The notes beneath the pieces are model-generated. The model searched no databases and was not told the origin of the DNA. It saw only the letters and a list, made by a program, of their open reading frames with translations. A program made the position numbers and the translations under genes. 64,000 bases of DNA. Origin: Camelus dromedarius (lineage: Eukaryota). Shown here in pieces: positions 22,801-33,404 of this stretch. Position 1 is the stretch's first letter; each line of letters begins with the position of its first letter. The DNA is taken from the NCBI RefSeq assembly GCF_036321535.1, contig NC_087457.1:26164001-26228000 (forward strand). The letters are read 5' to 3'.

Positions 22801-25800
22801 CAGTTTCTGTGGGTCAGATGTCCAGGTCCGCCTTGGCTGGATTCTGCTCAGGGTCTCACAAGGCTGAAGTCAAGATGCTCTCCACGGCGGAAACCTCATC
22901 CAAGACTCGGTCCTCATCTACCAAGCTGTTGGTAGAATCTAATCCTGGCCGTTGTAGGCCTGAGGTTCGTGTGTGTCCGATCCAAGCTGGGGGTCTCTCT
23001 CAGCTCCTCGAGCCTGCCCTCAGGCCCTGGTCTAGTGGCCCTCCCACAGTAGGGCAGCTGACATCTGCAAAGCTAGCCAGAGTCTCTCCGCTCCACTGCC
23101 GTGCGTCTTACATAATGTGACGGAATCAAGGGAGTAACTACCCCATCCTGTTCACAGGAGCCTCCCACACTCCGGGAGGGAATTACTCAGGTCATCGGGA
23201 GTCATATTTTGGCCTCCATAGCCTTCATTCTCTGCCTCCCTGGTGCGTCTGGCCGGAGACGGGTTTCAGGCTCTGTTAGGGTGGGTCTAGAGCAGGCCTC
23301 ACTCCAGGCCAGCGCTTCTCAACCCTTTTTCATTGTTGTCCTCCCTAAGACGAGCCTTCCTAGACATTTTCTCCTAATCACCCCCCTCGTTAAGTTTTAA
23401 TACATGTGTATGTGTGTATGTACTTGGTTCTCTGGAGGGTCGGAAGCCATGGTGGTATCCAAGAGTTTTTGGCATGTCCCCGTTGGGAACAGTTTCACCC
23501 TGAGCGAGACGGCATGGCCTGAAGGGCAGTTCTCACTTCTAAACTGTGGTCTTTCCGCAGTGTAGCTTGGCTGCGTAGACAGGTGCTAACTAGCTGTTAA
23601 TGAGGCCTCTGCATTTTCTACATCCGGTTTCCCCCGGAATTTTCTGTCCTTTACTATGTCTTGTGTATGTTCTGAATCCCGTGGTAGCCGCACTGCACTG
23701 CACTCCGTGGAGCCTCACTCTGCACATATGGAGGTGGCAGGGACTTTCGGGGAACCCCCCCGCCCCCCGCACTTGTGGTGTTCCCTGGGAGCCGATTCCA
23801 GGTGTGTCGGCTGCTGTCCTCCGGTGTCTGCCGCCTCGACAGAGCAGGGCTCCTTTCTCCGCTTGGACGGGCTGGGCCACTGTCTGAGGCTGTCCCCAGG
23901 CGGGAGGGAGGGGGACCTCCACAGGACTCCCCTTCTGATCCCCCCCGTCTTTCTTCGCCTGTTGTCCAGTGCCACCCCCGACCCCACTTTATGTTTGCTT
24001 ACTGCGAGAAAGCTAGTTCAGAAGCTGTTACTTCGTCACAGCTTGGAGCAGAAATTGAGCTGATTCCACACGTAATTATCTTAAATAATAAAAGTGTAAT
24101 TTCCCCCAAGGCACACAATTTTTTTTAGTTTTTATTTTGAGGCAGTTTAATTTTTTCAATGTTTCTTTATATTTTAGGTAATTTATATAATTAATATTTT
24201 AGCTTCAGAGGAAGAGAATTGTGGCTAATATATTGATGGACAGTGTCTGATAATACTATCTTCTTAATTCTCATGTTTTAAGAAACTTCTCTTGAATAAA
24301 AATCTTCGTTTTTTTTTGTTTTGTTTTGTTTTAAGAAAACTCAGGAAAAGAAGATGTTTCATGGCAAAAGGAAGAAACCAAGAAGTGAAGCCACAGACTT
24401 GGGTACAGAATAGTGTTTTATACATAGTCAATAATGCAGGAATTTCAGTTTTTAAAATATATTTCTTAATTTGATAAAGTACTAAATTTAAGTATATAAA
24501 ATGCCACTTTAAAAAATTAAAAATATGTGACTTTGAAGAAACTGATTTTTCCAGCATCTATCATGAAAATTTTCAACATACAACAAAGGTGAAAGAATTT
24601 TACAAAATATGTTCATACACCTGCTACCTAGATTTTACTATTGAAGTTGATTATACTTGCTTTAGCACCTATCCATGAATCCATTAATTAATCCATTAAT
24701 GGATCCATTAATCTATTTTATCCATTTGCCTATTTTAATTTTTTGTCACATATGTACACTTTTCACACATCACATAGCATGTACTCTTTTATTTGAGGCT
24801 ACTTTCGCTCAGCATAACATTTTTGAGACTCATCCATGTTATTTTGCATTTTTATTGTCACGGAATTTATTGGAAAATGGGAGGAAAAATAAACCATTTT
24901 CTCTCTTTCCTTCAGTTCTTTTAAAAGATAAGTTTTATGTTTGTCTTATTATAAAAATGCTTATTTTAGAAAACTCAGAAGGTATGGAAAGGAGGATTAA
25001 AATCACTTACAGTTCCATCACCCAGAAGTAACCAGCATGTGTTTTGGGCCATACTCTCCAACCCTTTTACTGAGCTTTTCTCACCCTAAGTGGGATCATA
25101 TCCTTGCCATCAAGTATTCTGCATATAATTTTAATAAATGTGTAATATTTCATTCATGAAGATACCAGAATTTAATCTCCTCTTTTATATTACTACAGCC
25201 ATCTAAATCAATACACTCAGTAACCTTTATGTATTCTAGAAGGGGGTGGCCTGTCAGGTAGATTAAAACTAAGAAAATAGTTAACAAAGATCTCAGCCAC
25301 CAGCAGCGCTGGGTAACAGCGGCCTGTAAAGTAAAGACGCAGCAAGGTAACCGAGAGGCAGCTTGCGCGGCGCTGGGAGAGGGAGGCGGGAGCACGCCTC
25401 CTCCTGGGCGCTTCCTCACGAACTCCGCCTCCAGCGAGTGGGTGGAACCGTTTGTTGCAGGCTTTCAGAACCCCGGACCTGGAACTAAATTGCTGATAAT
25501 CACAATACTGAATTGACTTACCCTAACGTTCTAGATACTTCCGACTGTGTACCAATTTGGTGTTTAAAAGAAAAGAAAACCAGTGACATCACGGAGTTAG
25601 ATGTTGTTTTGTCTGCATTTGAGAACATCTTCCTAGACTATAAGTAAGTTTCTTTTTTAAATGTTTGTGTATATATTTTTTTATTGAAGTAGAGTCCGTG
25701 TACAGTGTTGTGTCAGTTTCTGGTGTACACACAGCACAGTGCTTCAGCCATACGTGCACACACATACATTCGTTTTCATGTTCTCTTTCACCCTAAGTTA

Positions 25801-28800
25801 CTGCAAGACACTGAATACAGTTCCCTGTGCTGTGCAGTAGGAACCTGACATTGGGATTTACGTGCCTCATGAACTCCCCTTGAAGCAGCACTTCCGCTCA
25901 CCCCACAGCTTTTGATGTGTCGCATTTTCATTATCAGCTTTACATGTTTTACATTTCCATTATAATGTCTTTAATTCTGTGAATTATATAGTATGTTTTT
26001 GTATGTCCAGATATGTGATATTGAATTTATATTTCTGTATTAACCTATCTTAAATAGTTCTGGTCAAATTTCAAGGACTGGCGATACCTATTTTTGAAAT
26101 ATTGAGGCTTCCTTTATGGCCCAGCACATAATCTATGGGAAATCTCTAGTGAGTGGGTCTGTATGTAGAATCTCTCATTATTGGATCTATGTAAAATCAG
26201 TATTATTCAATTTTTCCTGGTACTTCTATCAATTTATGTTATTTATATAGAGATTATTTTATTAGGACATCATGTTTAAAATTGCTTTTAGACTTAACAT
26301 TTTATCTTTATGTAGTGACCTTTTCCATTCCTAAAAATGCTTTTTTTAATCTTAAAATCTATTTTATCTGTTAACATGTTACTAGATATCTTTTGCTAGT
26401 ATTTGCCAGATTTTATATTTTCTTTTACTTCCAACCTTTCTCACCTTGAACTTTATCTCTTAGAAAATGTTTTTAAAATCCAACGTGTCCCGTCTTTGAA
26501 TTTCAACTGTGGACTTTAGTCCAGTTACATTTATTTTAATTATCAGTATACGGAGGAAGGTATTGATACATTATTTATTAAAAATTTTTGTTTTGTTATT
26601 TTTAATCCTATATAACTTATAAAGAAAAAATTTGTAACCCCACCAGTAAGATTGGAACTTTGGCAAACTCTCAGAATCTCTTGGTCTTCTCTTCCTTCCC
26701 TACCCCAAGCCCCATCATGTTATTGTACCCAGACACTTTAATTCTTGGAGAAGGGCTATCACCGTTGATAAGTAATGGCTTCTCTTACCTGTTTCAATGT
26801 GTCTGTTCTTGACCTTGAACCTGCTGGGGTACTGCAACTTCGTAATTGGTTTCTATTAGAATTAAAGTTCTCATAAAGGCTTTTGGGGCCATCTATAGCT
26901 GTTAAGTTGGTTTCCCTGTGGGGGAATGAGGTCTGGGGCTTCCTATTCCACCATCTTCTGACGTCACTAGAAGTACTTTTCAACACCTGTTTATTGGATG
27001 GGAACGTATACAAAAATCTGTTCAGAATTGCAGGCCTTCTCTCATGTTGTGCTTAGCGTCTGAAGGATTAGCCCATGGGCTTAGCCCCCTTCTCCTGGGT
27101 GACTTTTCCTCATGGATTTGCCCCAAGAAAAAAATACGACAAACTGTAACTTATACAAGAGATTTACTCTCAGTTAAAAGCGCACTTGGCTTTACAGAAT
27201 ACTGTGCCGAGGCAGAGCAGGGGTCTAGCTGCTGCCCTGGCGGAGCGTCTGCTGCTGCTGCGGTCACTGCAGGCCCGGGGCCCCTTTCTCCCTGATGACA
27301 GGGACCACGACCAGCTTCTTTGTTTGGGTCAACTTTATATTGAAGAACTGTTGGCTTCTTGCTACTTACATGATCATGGGTTAGTCCAAATGAGTCACAC
27401 AGTTACTTCTCCAGGTGTCTCGGGGTGGGAGGAAGGGGTGAAAGTCTGCTGGCCAGTGGGTCAGGCAGCAGGCAGACTGGGCTTGGCTGTAAACACTGCT
27501 TTCCACGTGGCTTGGTGTCACCTGTAGATGAGGTCAGTGTTGGGGAGTGCTGACCACATATGTGCGGGTTTAGGGGGAAATGGTTCCTGTTTTTTCTTTT
27601 GCTGAGATGTTCCCAGTATTTTTTTAAATCTGAGTAAGGGCTGCAAGCTGACGTGCCATCTTAGATAATCAAAATGGCGTATACCAAATTGTGTGTGTCT
27701 GTGGATGTGCTAAACATCTGAAACACCCCTTCTGAAATTCTTTATGTAATACCAGGTTTGACTTTGGTTTTTTTTTTAATTGTGCTACAGACAAAAAATA
27801 GAATCTAGACTCTGTAAGGAAGCCATCAACAAATTTCATTCCACTTTGAAAGAAGAACTCATCAAAATGGTAAGTTGGCTGACATAAATTTGTTGGTCTA
27901 AGTATTTTTTACTAATCCTGAGGCAGCATACCATCATCTTAGGAAAGCTTGCGTTTGCTGGCAATGTGGTAAAGAATGCATCAGAACTATCCATATTTCA
28001 CACATTTTTAAACAAGATGTTCTATTTTGTGAACTGATAAACATTTAATTTTGGAAAATGCATGTGAATATTTATTTTATTTTGTGTAGCTTAAGGAAGT
28101 CCAGATGTTGAAAACTCTGAAAAGGAAGAACACTAAGGTAAATCACCTGTGTGATTAGAACACAAACATATGTATAGTTAAGTGAAGCCTGACTCTGGGT
28201 TTATGACCTTCAGAGTTTGTAAAAGGTATTTTCTCTGTAGTCAGGCTGACTTGATCTAGTGATTGATCAGGGGAGTGCTATTCATGCCAGCTGAGGAATG
28301 TGGGTCCCAGCTGGCCTGAAAATGGCTACCAAGCCTCGGATGACCAGTGACATGGAGAAGTGTTAAGTGATGTACATTTCTTTCATGGATGTCAGAAACA
28401 AAGCCTTTCAGACTAAAAAACTGCCTCATTGGGAAGAATACTGGGTTAAGGGTCAGGAGACTTCCTTTCTTGTCCTTGTTCACTGTACTTCAGTGCACTG
28501 TACACCACCAGGTGTGCAAGGAGAAGCGAGCCTGGCACGTGAGGCCCTCCTTTCCCCTGTTCACTGGACCAGGTGACAGCTGATGCTCCGGTATGACTCC
28601 ACGCGTAGGAGCTCCCCCTCTCCTTTACAACAGAAATGGGCTTGAAATGCTTGCATTTTTCCTTCTGGAGACTTCATTATTTCTCAGTTTTAGTCTCTTG
28701 TTGGTCAGTCCTGCACTTATAAGTGAGAAGAGTATGAATGTCCAGCAGTGAAATACGAGGTTGTTACTGAGCATAATGGTTGAGATAATACAGTTTATTA

Positions 28801-31800
28801 TATTGAAGTGTTCTTTTTACAGATTGTATCATGACGCTCCCCCGTGTCAATATTTTCCTTGTGTTCCTAGATAAAACCAAACCTCTGTGCTTTATAGCTC
28901 ATCGGGTAGTAAAGAAAGGCCCTACTTCCTCTTCACAGTTGTCCCACAGTGGACGCCCCTTTGTTTCAGAGTTCCCTTTTCTCTTCCTTGCCAGCACATC
29001 TCACAGTTTGTAATCACATCCTGTTTGTATGTAATGTCTCTCTTCCCTATCAGACCAAAGTTCCATGATAGTAAGAATGGGGTTTGTTTTGTTTCCCATT
29101 GTATTTCCAACACCTGGTACAGGGCAGTGCTCAAATACTTACAAAATTAACAAAGAAACTGTTGTGTCACTCAGATGATTTCACATATCGAAAAGAAAAG
29201 GCAGCGTTTGATTGAAGTCCAGGATGAACTGCTTCGGTAAGATAATACCAAAGTCCTCTTTGCAGACTTACTTAGAAGGATTTAGATTGTCACGTGAGGC
29301 TAGTAAAACTTGCTGCTGTGTTGCATTTTAATCCCAGGTTTTCTTTGAGCTTGGAAGCTCAGTGAAGGCAGGTTATGCTGCCAAGTTGAGAAGCTTTTGG
29401 CAAAGGAGAATTCAGCACTCATTTATCCACCATCAGATTTCTCAGTTCTGGCCTGAGAGGCAGCCAGATTAGAGACTTAATGCCATAGACTCTAGAACTA
29501 GACTGTCTGGGTTTGAATCCAGGCTTTGCCACTTACTGGCTGTGCAACCTTGGTCAGGTTACTTAACCTCTCGGTGCCTCAGGCTGCTCATTTGTAAAAG
29601 CGTAATGATAACTACACCTCATAGGATGGATAAACATACAGAAAGTGCCTCCAGTGACTGGCCTGCAGTAGGTGTTGTACTAAGTGTTAATAGTGTGTGT
29701 TACAGTTGTTGAAACATACACCTTGGCAAGGCACTCACGTGAACCCATCCCCAAGTGCTGGGCCGGGAGAGCTCCACCAGGCTGTGTGTGTGGTCTGGCG
29801 GGGAAGACTGGAGCGCACTACATCACCAGCTACCTCCCTGGGCGGTCCTCCACACGGACATGACCGCTGGGTGAGCCGGGCAGTTGGCAGGGAAGCAGCA
29901 GCAGAATAAGCAGCATCAGATGTGCTCTCTGCTCTTAAGGAGTTTTAAAATAGCTTGAGAAAGTGGTATTATCAGAAAAGACAGCCTATAATTAAGTACT
30001 AAGTTTTAAAGACAAGACTGCCATAGACATTTATAAGCGGGAGAAACTGGTTGTCTGGTGTACTGGTTTCCAAATCTAGGCTGGTGACTGGTGCTGACCC
30101 ACAATAAAGCTCTCGCTGACTCAGGCCAAAATAAGAAAATTAAAGATAACGATGATAGGGAGCTTTGTGAAGTGTGAGCTGTTCGTGCTGGGCACGTGCT
30201 GAGAGCTCCACATGCTAACTCATTAACCATCATAACCCTGTGAGGTGGGTTATTATGGATGTATAATAAGACTGTAATCAGACTCGACGTGTCTTAGAGA
30301 TCAGCTTCTTTTGTTCCTTTTCCAGATAGAATTTTAGAAGTTGAGAAGCCTATTTTGAAAAGGCACAGAAAGAAAGAAACGCAGGATATCGTAATTGTAA
30401 CTTTACGTGTGAAACCCTAAGGCCCGGGGCAGTAACTTAGCAGAGCCACCTGCCTGGGAGGTGGGGGACCCAGGACCTGGTGTTCATAACTTCGTGTTTT
30501 ATAGGTTAAGAAAGAAAAAGCAGGTTGCCCAAGGTCACACGTTTTCATCCAGGCGCTGTGATAGTTCTTCCACTGGTTTTATTGGACCTTGGAAATGGAC
30601 AAAACTTCAACAAGAGGAAGGAGCAGCGGGAAGGCTTTTGTCCATCCTTCTGCTGTTTAACTGCAATGCCTATCTCTGCCTGAGGCTCTAAAATGTTCAC
30701 CCAAGTATATGTTTTAATTCATTCTAGTTCCCAAGACCCTAAAAACAACATGACACATTTTAGGATACATAAGGCATGTTCTTTTGTGGGCTTCATTGCA
30801 CGTCATACTTCAGAGTTTTCCCCATAATTTAAATTGAAATCTAGTATCTTTTTCACATTCATATAACCTCAGAGCCCAAGATATCTCAAACCATCTAGTC
30901 CACTCCCCCGGTTTCCTTACTGCATTCAGTATACTTACATATTCCATCGCATACACTGCATAGACTGTTGTTAGACTTTGTCATTTATTTTGAGGAAAAC
31001 ATTTTCTGTTTGTTTTAGGTTAGAACCAGAGCTGAAACAACTACAAATAAAGTATGATGAACTTAAGGAGAGAAAATCTTCCCTTAGGAATGCAGCATAT
31101 TTCTTGTCTAACCTAAAACAGCTTCATCAAGATTATTCAGATATTCAAGAGAAAGAACCAAATGTAAAGGAAACGGTAACTTCCATTTTTACTTATCACT
31201 GTGCTTCAGAAGATAGTGTATTTGCATGCTGAAGTACCAGTTTATTAAAACCTTTGTAGTTGCTTCTGATTTTTGCTGCAGATTTTACTACTGTTATGAT
31301 AACCAGCTCAGATTAATAGAAATGTTTTAAACAGGAAAAAATTGCATACTTGTATACCATAATTTTATATAAAATATACAATGTACACATAGACTTATTC
31401 TTAAGTTCAATTTTAGAAGTAAAGGTTTTTACACTGATCTAAAAGTTAATTCTCCTGAGACTGAGGTTTTTAAAAAATTTTCTGTGACAGTACCCAACTG
31501 GTCTAAAGCTTATCTGGAGTTGGGGATTTGGTTACTAGGAGAAATTACAACAATAATAATAATGGTTAAATTTGAACAATGATAATCCTGGTTGAATTTG
31601 AACATAACTTTGGTGAGAACTAGATTTAGTGACTGCCATGTTTGGAATATGTGCCTCTTACTGCATACATCTTGGACTTCTATTGTAGTGTCTGTCTGTT
31701 TTGCTTTAGAGAGTGTAGATATTGGGGTATATGTCTTAACTCTTCCTAAACTAAAAATCTAGCACCAAATGTTAGTTCTTCTCCCTGAGAGCAGGTGTCC

Positions 31801-32622
31801 TATGGTAGTGCCAACACATTAGGCTCTCAAATACTTGTTAAACAGAATTGCCTAATTGGTAGATGATATTCTGGGAAAATTCATTATGTGGGTGGTAGAG
31901 CTTTTCTGCTCCATTTTATTTTAAAGAAAACCACCTTGAAAACATATTAGACAGCATTCACCCTTAAATAAAATTTGCACCATTAAGTTTTAATTTCAAA
32001 ATCATGAGTTTTCTATTTTATGTTGGATTGGTATTTAATTGTCTTTAGTCATTAAGGACATTTGGGTTGGCAGCTTGTAAGACATTTAATTAATTTTCCC
32101 AATAAGTAATTGTTTCTAGATGATGGATTTTTTTCTCATGAATTTTTATGGGCCTAGTGTTCTCAACTGCAGTAAAAGTAAATCTACCATATCATTTTCT
32201 GTGATTAAAATAGGTATTGAGATCAAGCAGACATCACAGAGCTCTAGCTGACTTGCCCCAAATCAAGTCTTGACCTGTCCCAGGAACGACTTTGCTTTAA
32301 ATAATTCAGATGCTGCAGTTCTTTGAACTAACTGGGCTTCTGGTCAAGCTTTATCATTTGTCCTAAGGAAATGGATCAAAACCAATTTCCTCAAAAAAAA
32401 AAAATTGACAACTGATTCATGAAAAGCCAAATTAACATTGGCATTTGTTATGTAAAATGGATAGGGTTGTAAGTTTTTAACATTAATCTAAAACTTTTCC
32501 TTCAACAGTATGATTCATCCAGCCTTCCAGCTCTGCTATTCAAAGCAAGACCCCTTTTGGGAGCTGAAAACCATCTGCAAAATATCAACTATCAGTTGGA
32601 GAAGCTCCTTGAGCAGAAATGA
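10699..32622 (+). CDS. CENPU: Centromere protein U (CENP-U/PBIP1/MLF1IP), 13 exons, 412 aa
   Basis: join(10699..10730,13154..13202,14928..15045,17158..17263,20263..20323,20803..21039,24336..24402,25535..25643,27791..27869,28090..28137,29175..29236,31019..31175,32509..32622) = 1239 nt, open frame. Motifs [21 protein letters not shown] and the C-terminal coiled coil match CENP-U. Confidence 0.97.
10838..10990 (+). mobile_element. MIR
   Basis: tgtgcaacttg... gtttccgcgtctgtaaaacgggaataa MIR core. Confidence 0.75.
12100..12274 (+). mobile_element. MER5A hAT-Charlie MITE
   Basis: TIRs cagtggttttcaaa and ttcgagaaccactg, with the typical body (ggaacttgtcagaaatgcag; aacaagccctccaggtgattctgatgc). Confidence 0.88.
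13154..13202 (+). CDS. CENPU: CENPU exon 2 ([16 protein letters not shown])
   Basis: tttcatag acceptor, gtaagt donor, 49 nt. Confidence 0.95.
14260..14790 (+). mobile_element. MER58B-like hAT element split by a Tigger2-type insertion
   Basis: The MER58B body (aaatcaaaagaagact... ataaataaagctttattg) stops at about 14532 and resumes at 14745 (tttactcactgg... gaaaagttttccaagccctg). Confidence 0.75.
14533..14744 (+). mobile_element. Tigger2a-like MITE
   Basis: TIRs cagttgccccttgaacagcg and cgttgttcaatgggcaactg, with 3' TA. Confidence 0.88.
14928..15045 (+). CDS. CENPU: CENPU exon 3 ([17 protein letters not shown]...YETF)
   Basis: cttttag acceptor, gttagt donor, 118 nt. Contains the FDF cohesin-binding motif. 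Confidence 0.97.
15420..16340 (-). mobile_element. LINE1 3' fragment with gaps, interrupted by a Tigger
   Basis: Antisense L1 motifs (tatgaacaatgctgcagtgagcg; ttttttggccatt; gggttatttatcgctttattgttgagt). Confidence 0.75.
15991..16143 (+). mobile_element. Tigger1-derived element, 3' end
   Basis: Tigger1 terminus ...ggttgccataaagcttcagtctgtaaaa... gaggtctgcctg, followed by TA. Confidence 0.8.
17158..17263 (+). CDS. CENPU: CENPU exon 4 ([16 protein letters not shown]...KEAKR)
   Basis: tttgtag acceptor, gtatga donor, 106 nt. Holds the PLK1-docking S-T motif (human T78). Confidence 0.97.
18770..18878 (-). mobile_element. Camelid tRNA-derived SINE (Vic-1-like)
   Basis: Reverse complement gives ggggagggtagagctcagtggtagag... 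gggttcagtccccagtacctcc... aaacctaattac. An L1 3'-end fragment adjoins at about 18712-18768. Confidence 0.9.
19100..19490 (-). mobile_element. LINE2 fragment
   Basis: Purine-rich antisense L2 motifs (gtggaggagaaggagctggcaaaggagag; gttcacgggagtgg). Confidence 0.6.
20263..20323 (+). CDS. CENPU: CENPU exon 5 ([20 protein letters not shown])
   Basis: ggtacag acceptor, gtatgt donor, 61 nt. Confidence 0.95.
20803..21039 (+). CDS. CENPU: CENPU exon 6 ([12 protein letters not shown]...AASQP)
   Basis: gacacag acceptor, gtaaga donor, 237 nt. Confidence 0.96.
21228..21362 (+). mobile_element. Camelid tRNA-derived SINE with atypical tail
   Basis: A box tagctcagtgg, B box gggttcaatccc, A12 tail. Imperfect TSD around atcaccca on both sides. 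Confidence 0.9.
21745..21845 (+). mobile_element. MLT1 LTR 3' fragment
   Basis: ctccagaactgtcagagaagaaatttctg... ttatagcagccacaggaaac MaLR end motif. Confidence 0.7.
21857..21999 (+). repeat. Imperfect direct repeat of about 60 bp (two copies)
   Basis: gacttttccttttcagtagcgtgcttttggg...agaatttccttttttt at 21857-21917 and again at 21940-21999. Confidence 0.85.
22089..22419 (-). mobile_element. MER2 (Tigger-family MITE)
   Basis: TA target duplications at 22087-22088 and 22420-22421. The reverse complement begins cagtcgtccctcggtatccg, the MER2 TIR. Confidence 0.9.
22725..23222 (-). mobile_element. MLT1-type solo LTR (MaLR)
   Basis: gttgctgcaaaacaaaataccacaaact... atttatatctcacagtttctgtgggtcag... 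ggctgaagtcaag, a reverse MLT1 signature. Confidence 0.8.
23308..23530 (+). mobile_element. hAT-type MITE fragment
   Basis: Starts with the hAT-like terminus cagcgcttctcaacccttttt. Family not determined. Confidence 0.5.
24336..24402 (+). CDS. CENPU: CENPU exon 7 ([22 protein letters not shown])
   Basis: Long T-rich tract ending ttaag, donor G/gtacag, 67 nt. Confidence 0.93.
25535..25643 (+). CDS. CENPU: CENPU exon 8 ([10 protein letters not shown]...FLDYK)
   Basis: gttctag acceptor, gtaagt donor, 109 nt. Confidence 0.95.
25652..25846 (-). mobile_element. LINE1 3' terminus (artiodactyl-type), directly after the exon 8 donor
   Basis: tttttattgaagtagagt... tacagtgttgtgtcagtttctggtgtac... cagttccctgtgctgtgcagtagga. 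Confidence 0.85.
26770..26965 (-). mobile_element. LINE1 5'-end fragment
   Basis: Reverse complement contains aagatggtggaataggaagcccc... acagctatagatgg, a Laurasiatherian L1 5'-end motif. Confidence 0.7.
27791..27869 (+). CDS. CENPU: CENPU exon 9 ([15 protein letters not shown]...LIKM)
   Basis: gctacag acceptor, gtaagt donor, 79 nt. Confidence 0.96.
28090..28137 (+). CDS. CENPU: CENPU exon 10 ([16 protein letters not shown])
   Basis: tgtgtag acceptor, gtaaat donor, 48 nt. Confidence 0.95.
29175..29236 (+). CDS. CENPU: CENPU exon 11 ([21 protein letters not shown])
   Basis: cactcag acceptor, gtaaga donor, 62 nt. Confidence 0.96.
29470..29690 (+). mobile_element. MIR
   Basis: ctgggtttgaatccaggctttgccacttactggctgtgcaaccttggtcaggttacttaacctctc, the MIR core. 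Confidence 0.9.
31019..31175 (+). CDS. CENPU: CENPU exon 12 ([19 protein letters not shown]...NVKET)
   Basis: gttttag acceptor, gtaact donor, 157 nt. Confidence 0.97.
32509..32622 (+). CDS. CENPU: CENPU exon 13 coding part ([14 protein letters not shown]...LLEQK*)
   Basis: tcaacag acceptor, TGA at 32620-32622. Confidence 0.97.
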   Translation, partial: YDSSSLPALLFKARPLLGAENHLQNINYQLEKLLEQK

Positions 32623-33012
32623 GATCAGTGTACTGAAATGTGCACATACAAAGATTCTTTCATGCTACTGCTTGTTGCCTTCTGAAGCCACTTTTGTAAT
32701 AAGAACTAAAAAGGGGATATGTACTTCTCCACAAAGGAGATTTTTTTTTTGTTACTATTAGTTTTCCAAGCTGGCTATATGGTCTGGTCACCGAAATTCA
32801 ATATACTTTGTCATTAAAATTAGATGACTGGGTAGTAGTTTTAGAGACTGTAATGAGTTTTAAAATGTTGATACCTAATTGGCCCAAGACATATAAAATG
32901 TTTTACCCTATAAATATACATGCAAAATGAAGCTGGGATGAACATAGACTTAACTTCAGTTACTCAAATAAGGAGATTTCTACTGAATTTCAGCACACTG
33001 GGGCTAGTTTTC

Positions 33013-33018
33013 AATAAA
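33013..33018 (+). terminator. CENPU: CENPU polyadenylation signal AATAAA (ATTAAA also at 33030-33035)
   Basis: First canonical hexamer downstream of the CENPU stop. Use is inferred. Confidence 0.65.
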
Positions 33019-33077
33019 ACTTTTACTTCATTAAAAGAATTAGTAGCAAAGTGATAAAACTTAGTTGATATAACCGG

Positions 33078-33083
33078 TTTAAT
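33078..33083 (-). terminator. PRIMPOL: Candidate PRIMPOL polyadenylation signal ATTAAA
   Basis: tttaat on +, 73 nt past the PRIMPOL stop. Use is inferred. Confidence 0.5.
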
Positions 33084-33155
33084 AAGTTACTATAATTTGT
33101 TATTAAGTGTCTTCAAGTAATTATATAGCCCAGTTATGTAAGTGTCCATGATTAG

Positions 33156-33404
33156 CTATTCTTGTAATACTTCTATAATTAGTTCGTCAGAAATTTCATC
33201 CACTCCATTATAGCCAACAAGACTGCTCTCTGCAGCTTCTGCGAGTTCAGCATCTTCGGTAGCCTCCAAAAAATAAGTGTCATCAATGCCATTATCCCAG
33301 TGAGCATCAGAAAATGTACCTTTTGGCAACGCACTAGACGATGGTTCATGAGGATTCTTGGTTTCACTGTTTGTTGCGTCATCTGCTGGAAATTCCTCCG
33401 CTTC
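33156..33404 (-). CDS. PRIMPOL: PRIMPOL last exon (RPA-binding motifs [18 protein letters not shown] and [15 protein letters not shown])
   Basis: Acceptor ...ccctctggaactaaag and TAG at 33158-33156. The exact 5' boundary is slightly less certain because it is an AAG acceptor. Confidence 0.92.
   Translation of the reverse strand, partial: EAEEFPADDATNSETKNPHEPSSSALPKGTFSDAHWDNGIDDTYFLEATEDAELAEAAESSLVGYNGVDEISDELIIEVLQE

Noticed and set aside
23987-24086. Possible cassette exon in CENPU intron 6 (donor cac/gtaatt)
   Set aside because: No convincing polypyrimidine acceptor, and the protein is complete and colinear with orthologs without it.
33179-33382. 67-aa minus ORF in the ORF track
   Set aside because: Wrong frame over the PRIMPOL last exon. 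The correct frame ends ...IIEVLQE-TAG at 33156.
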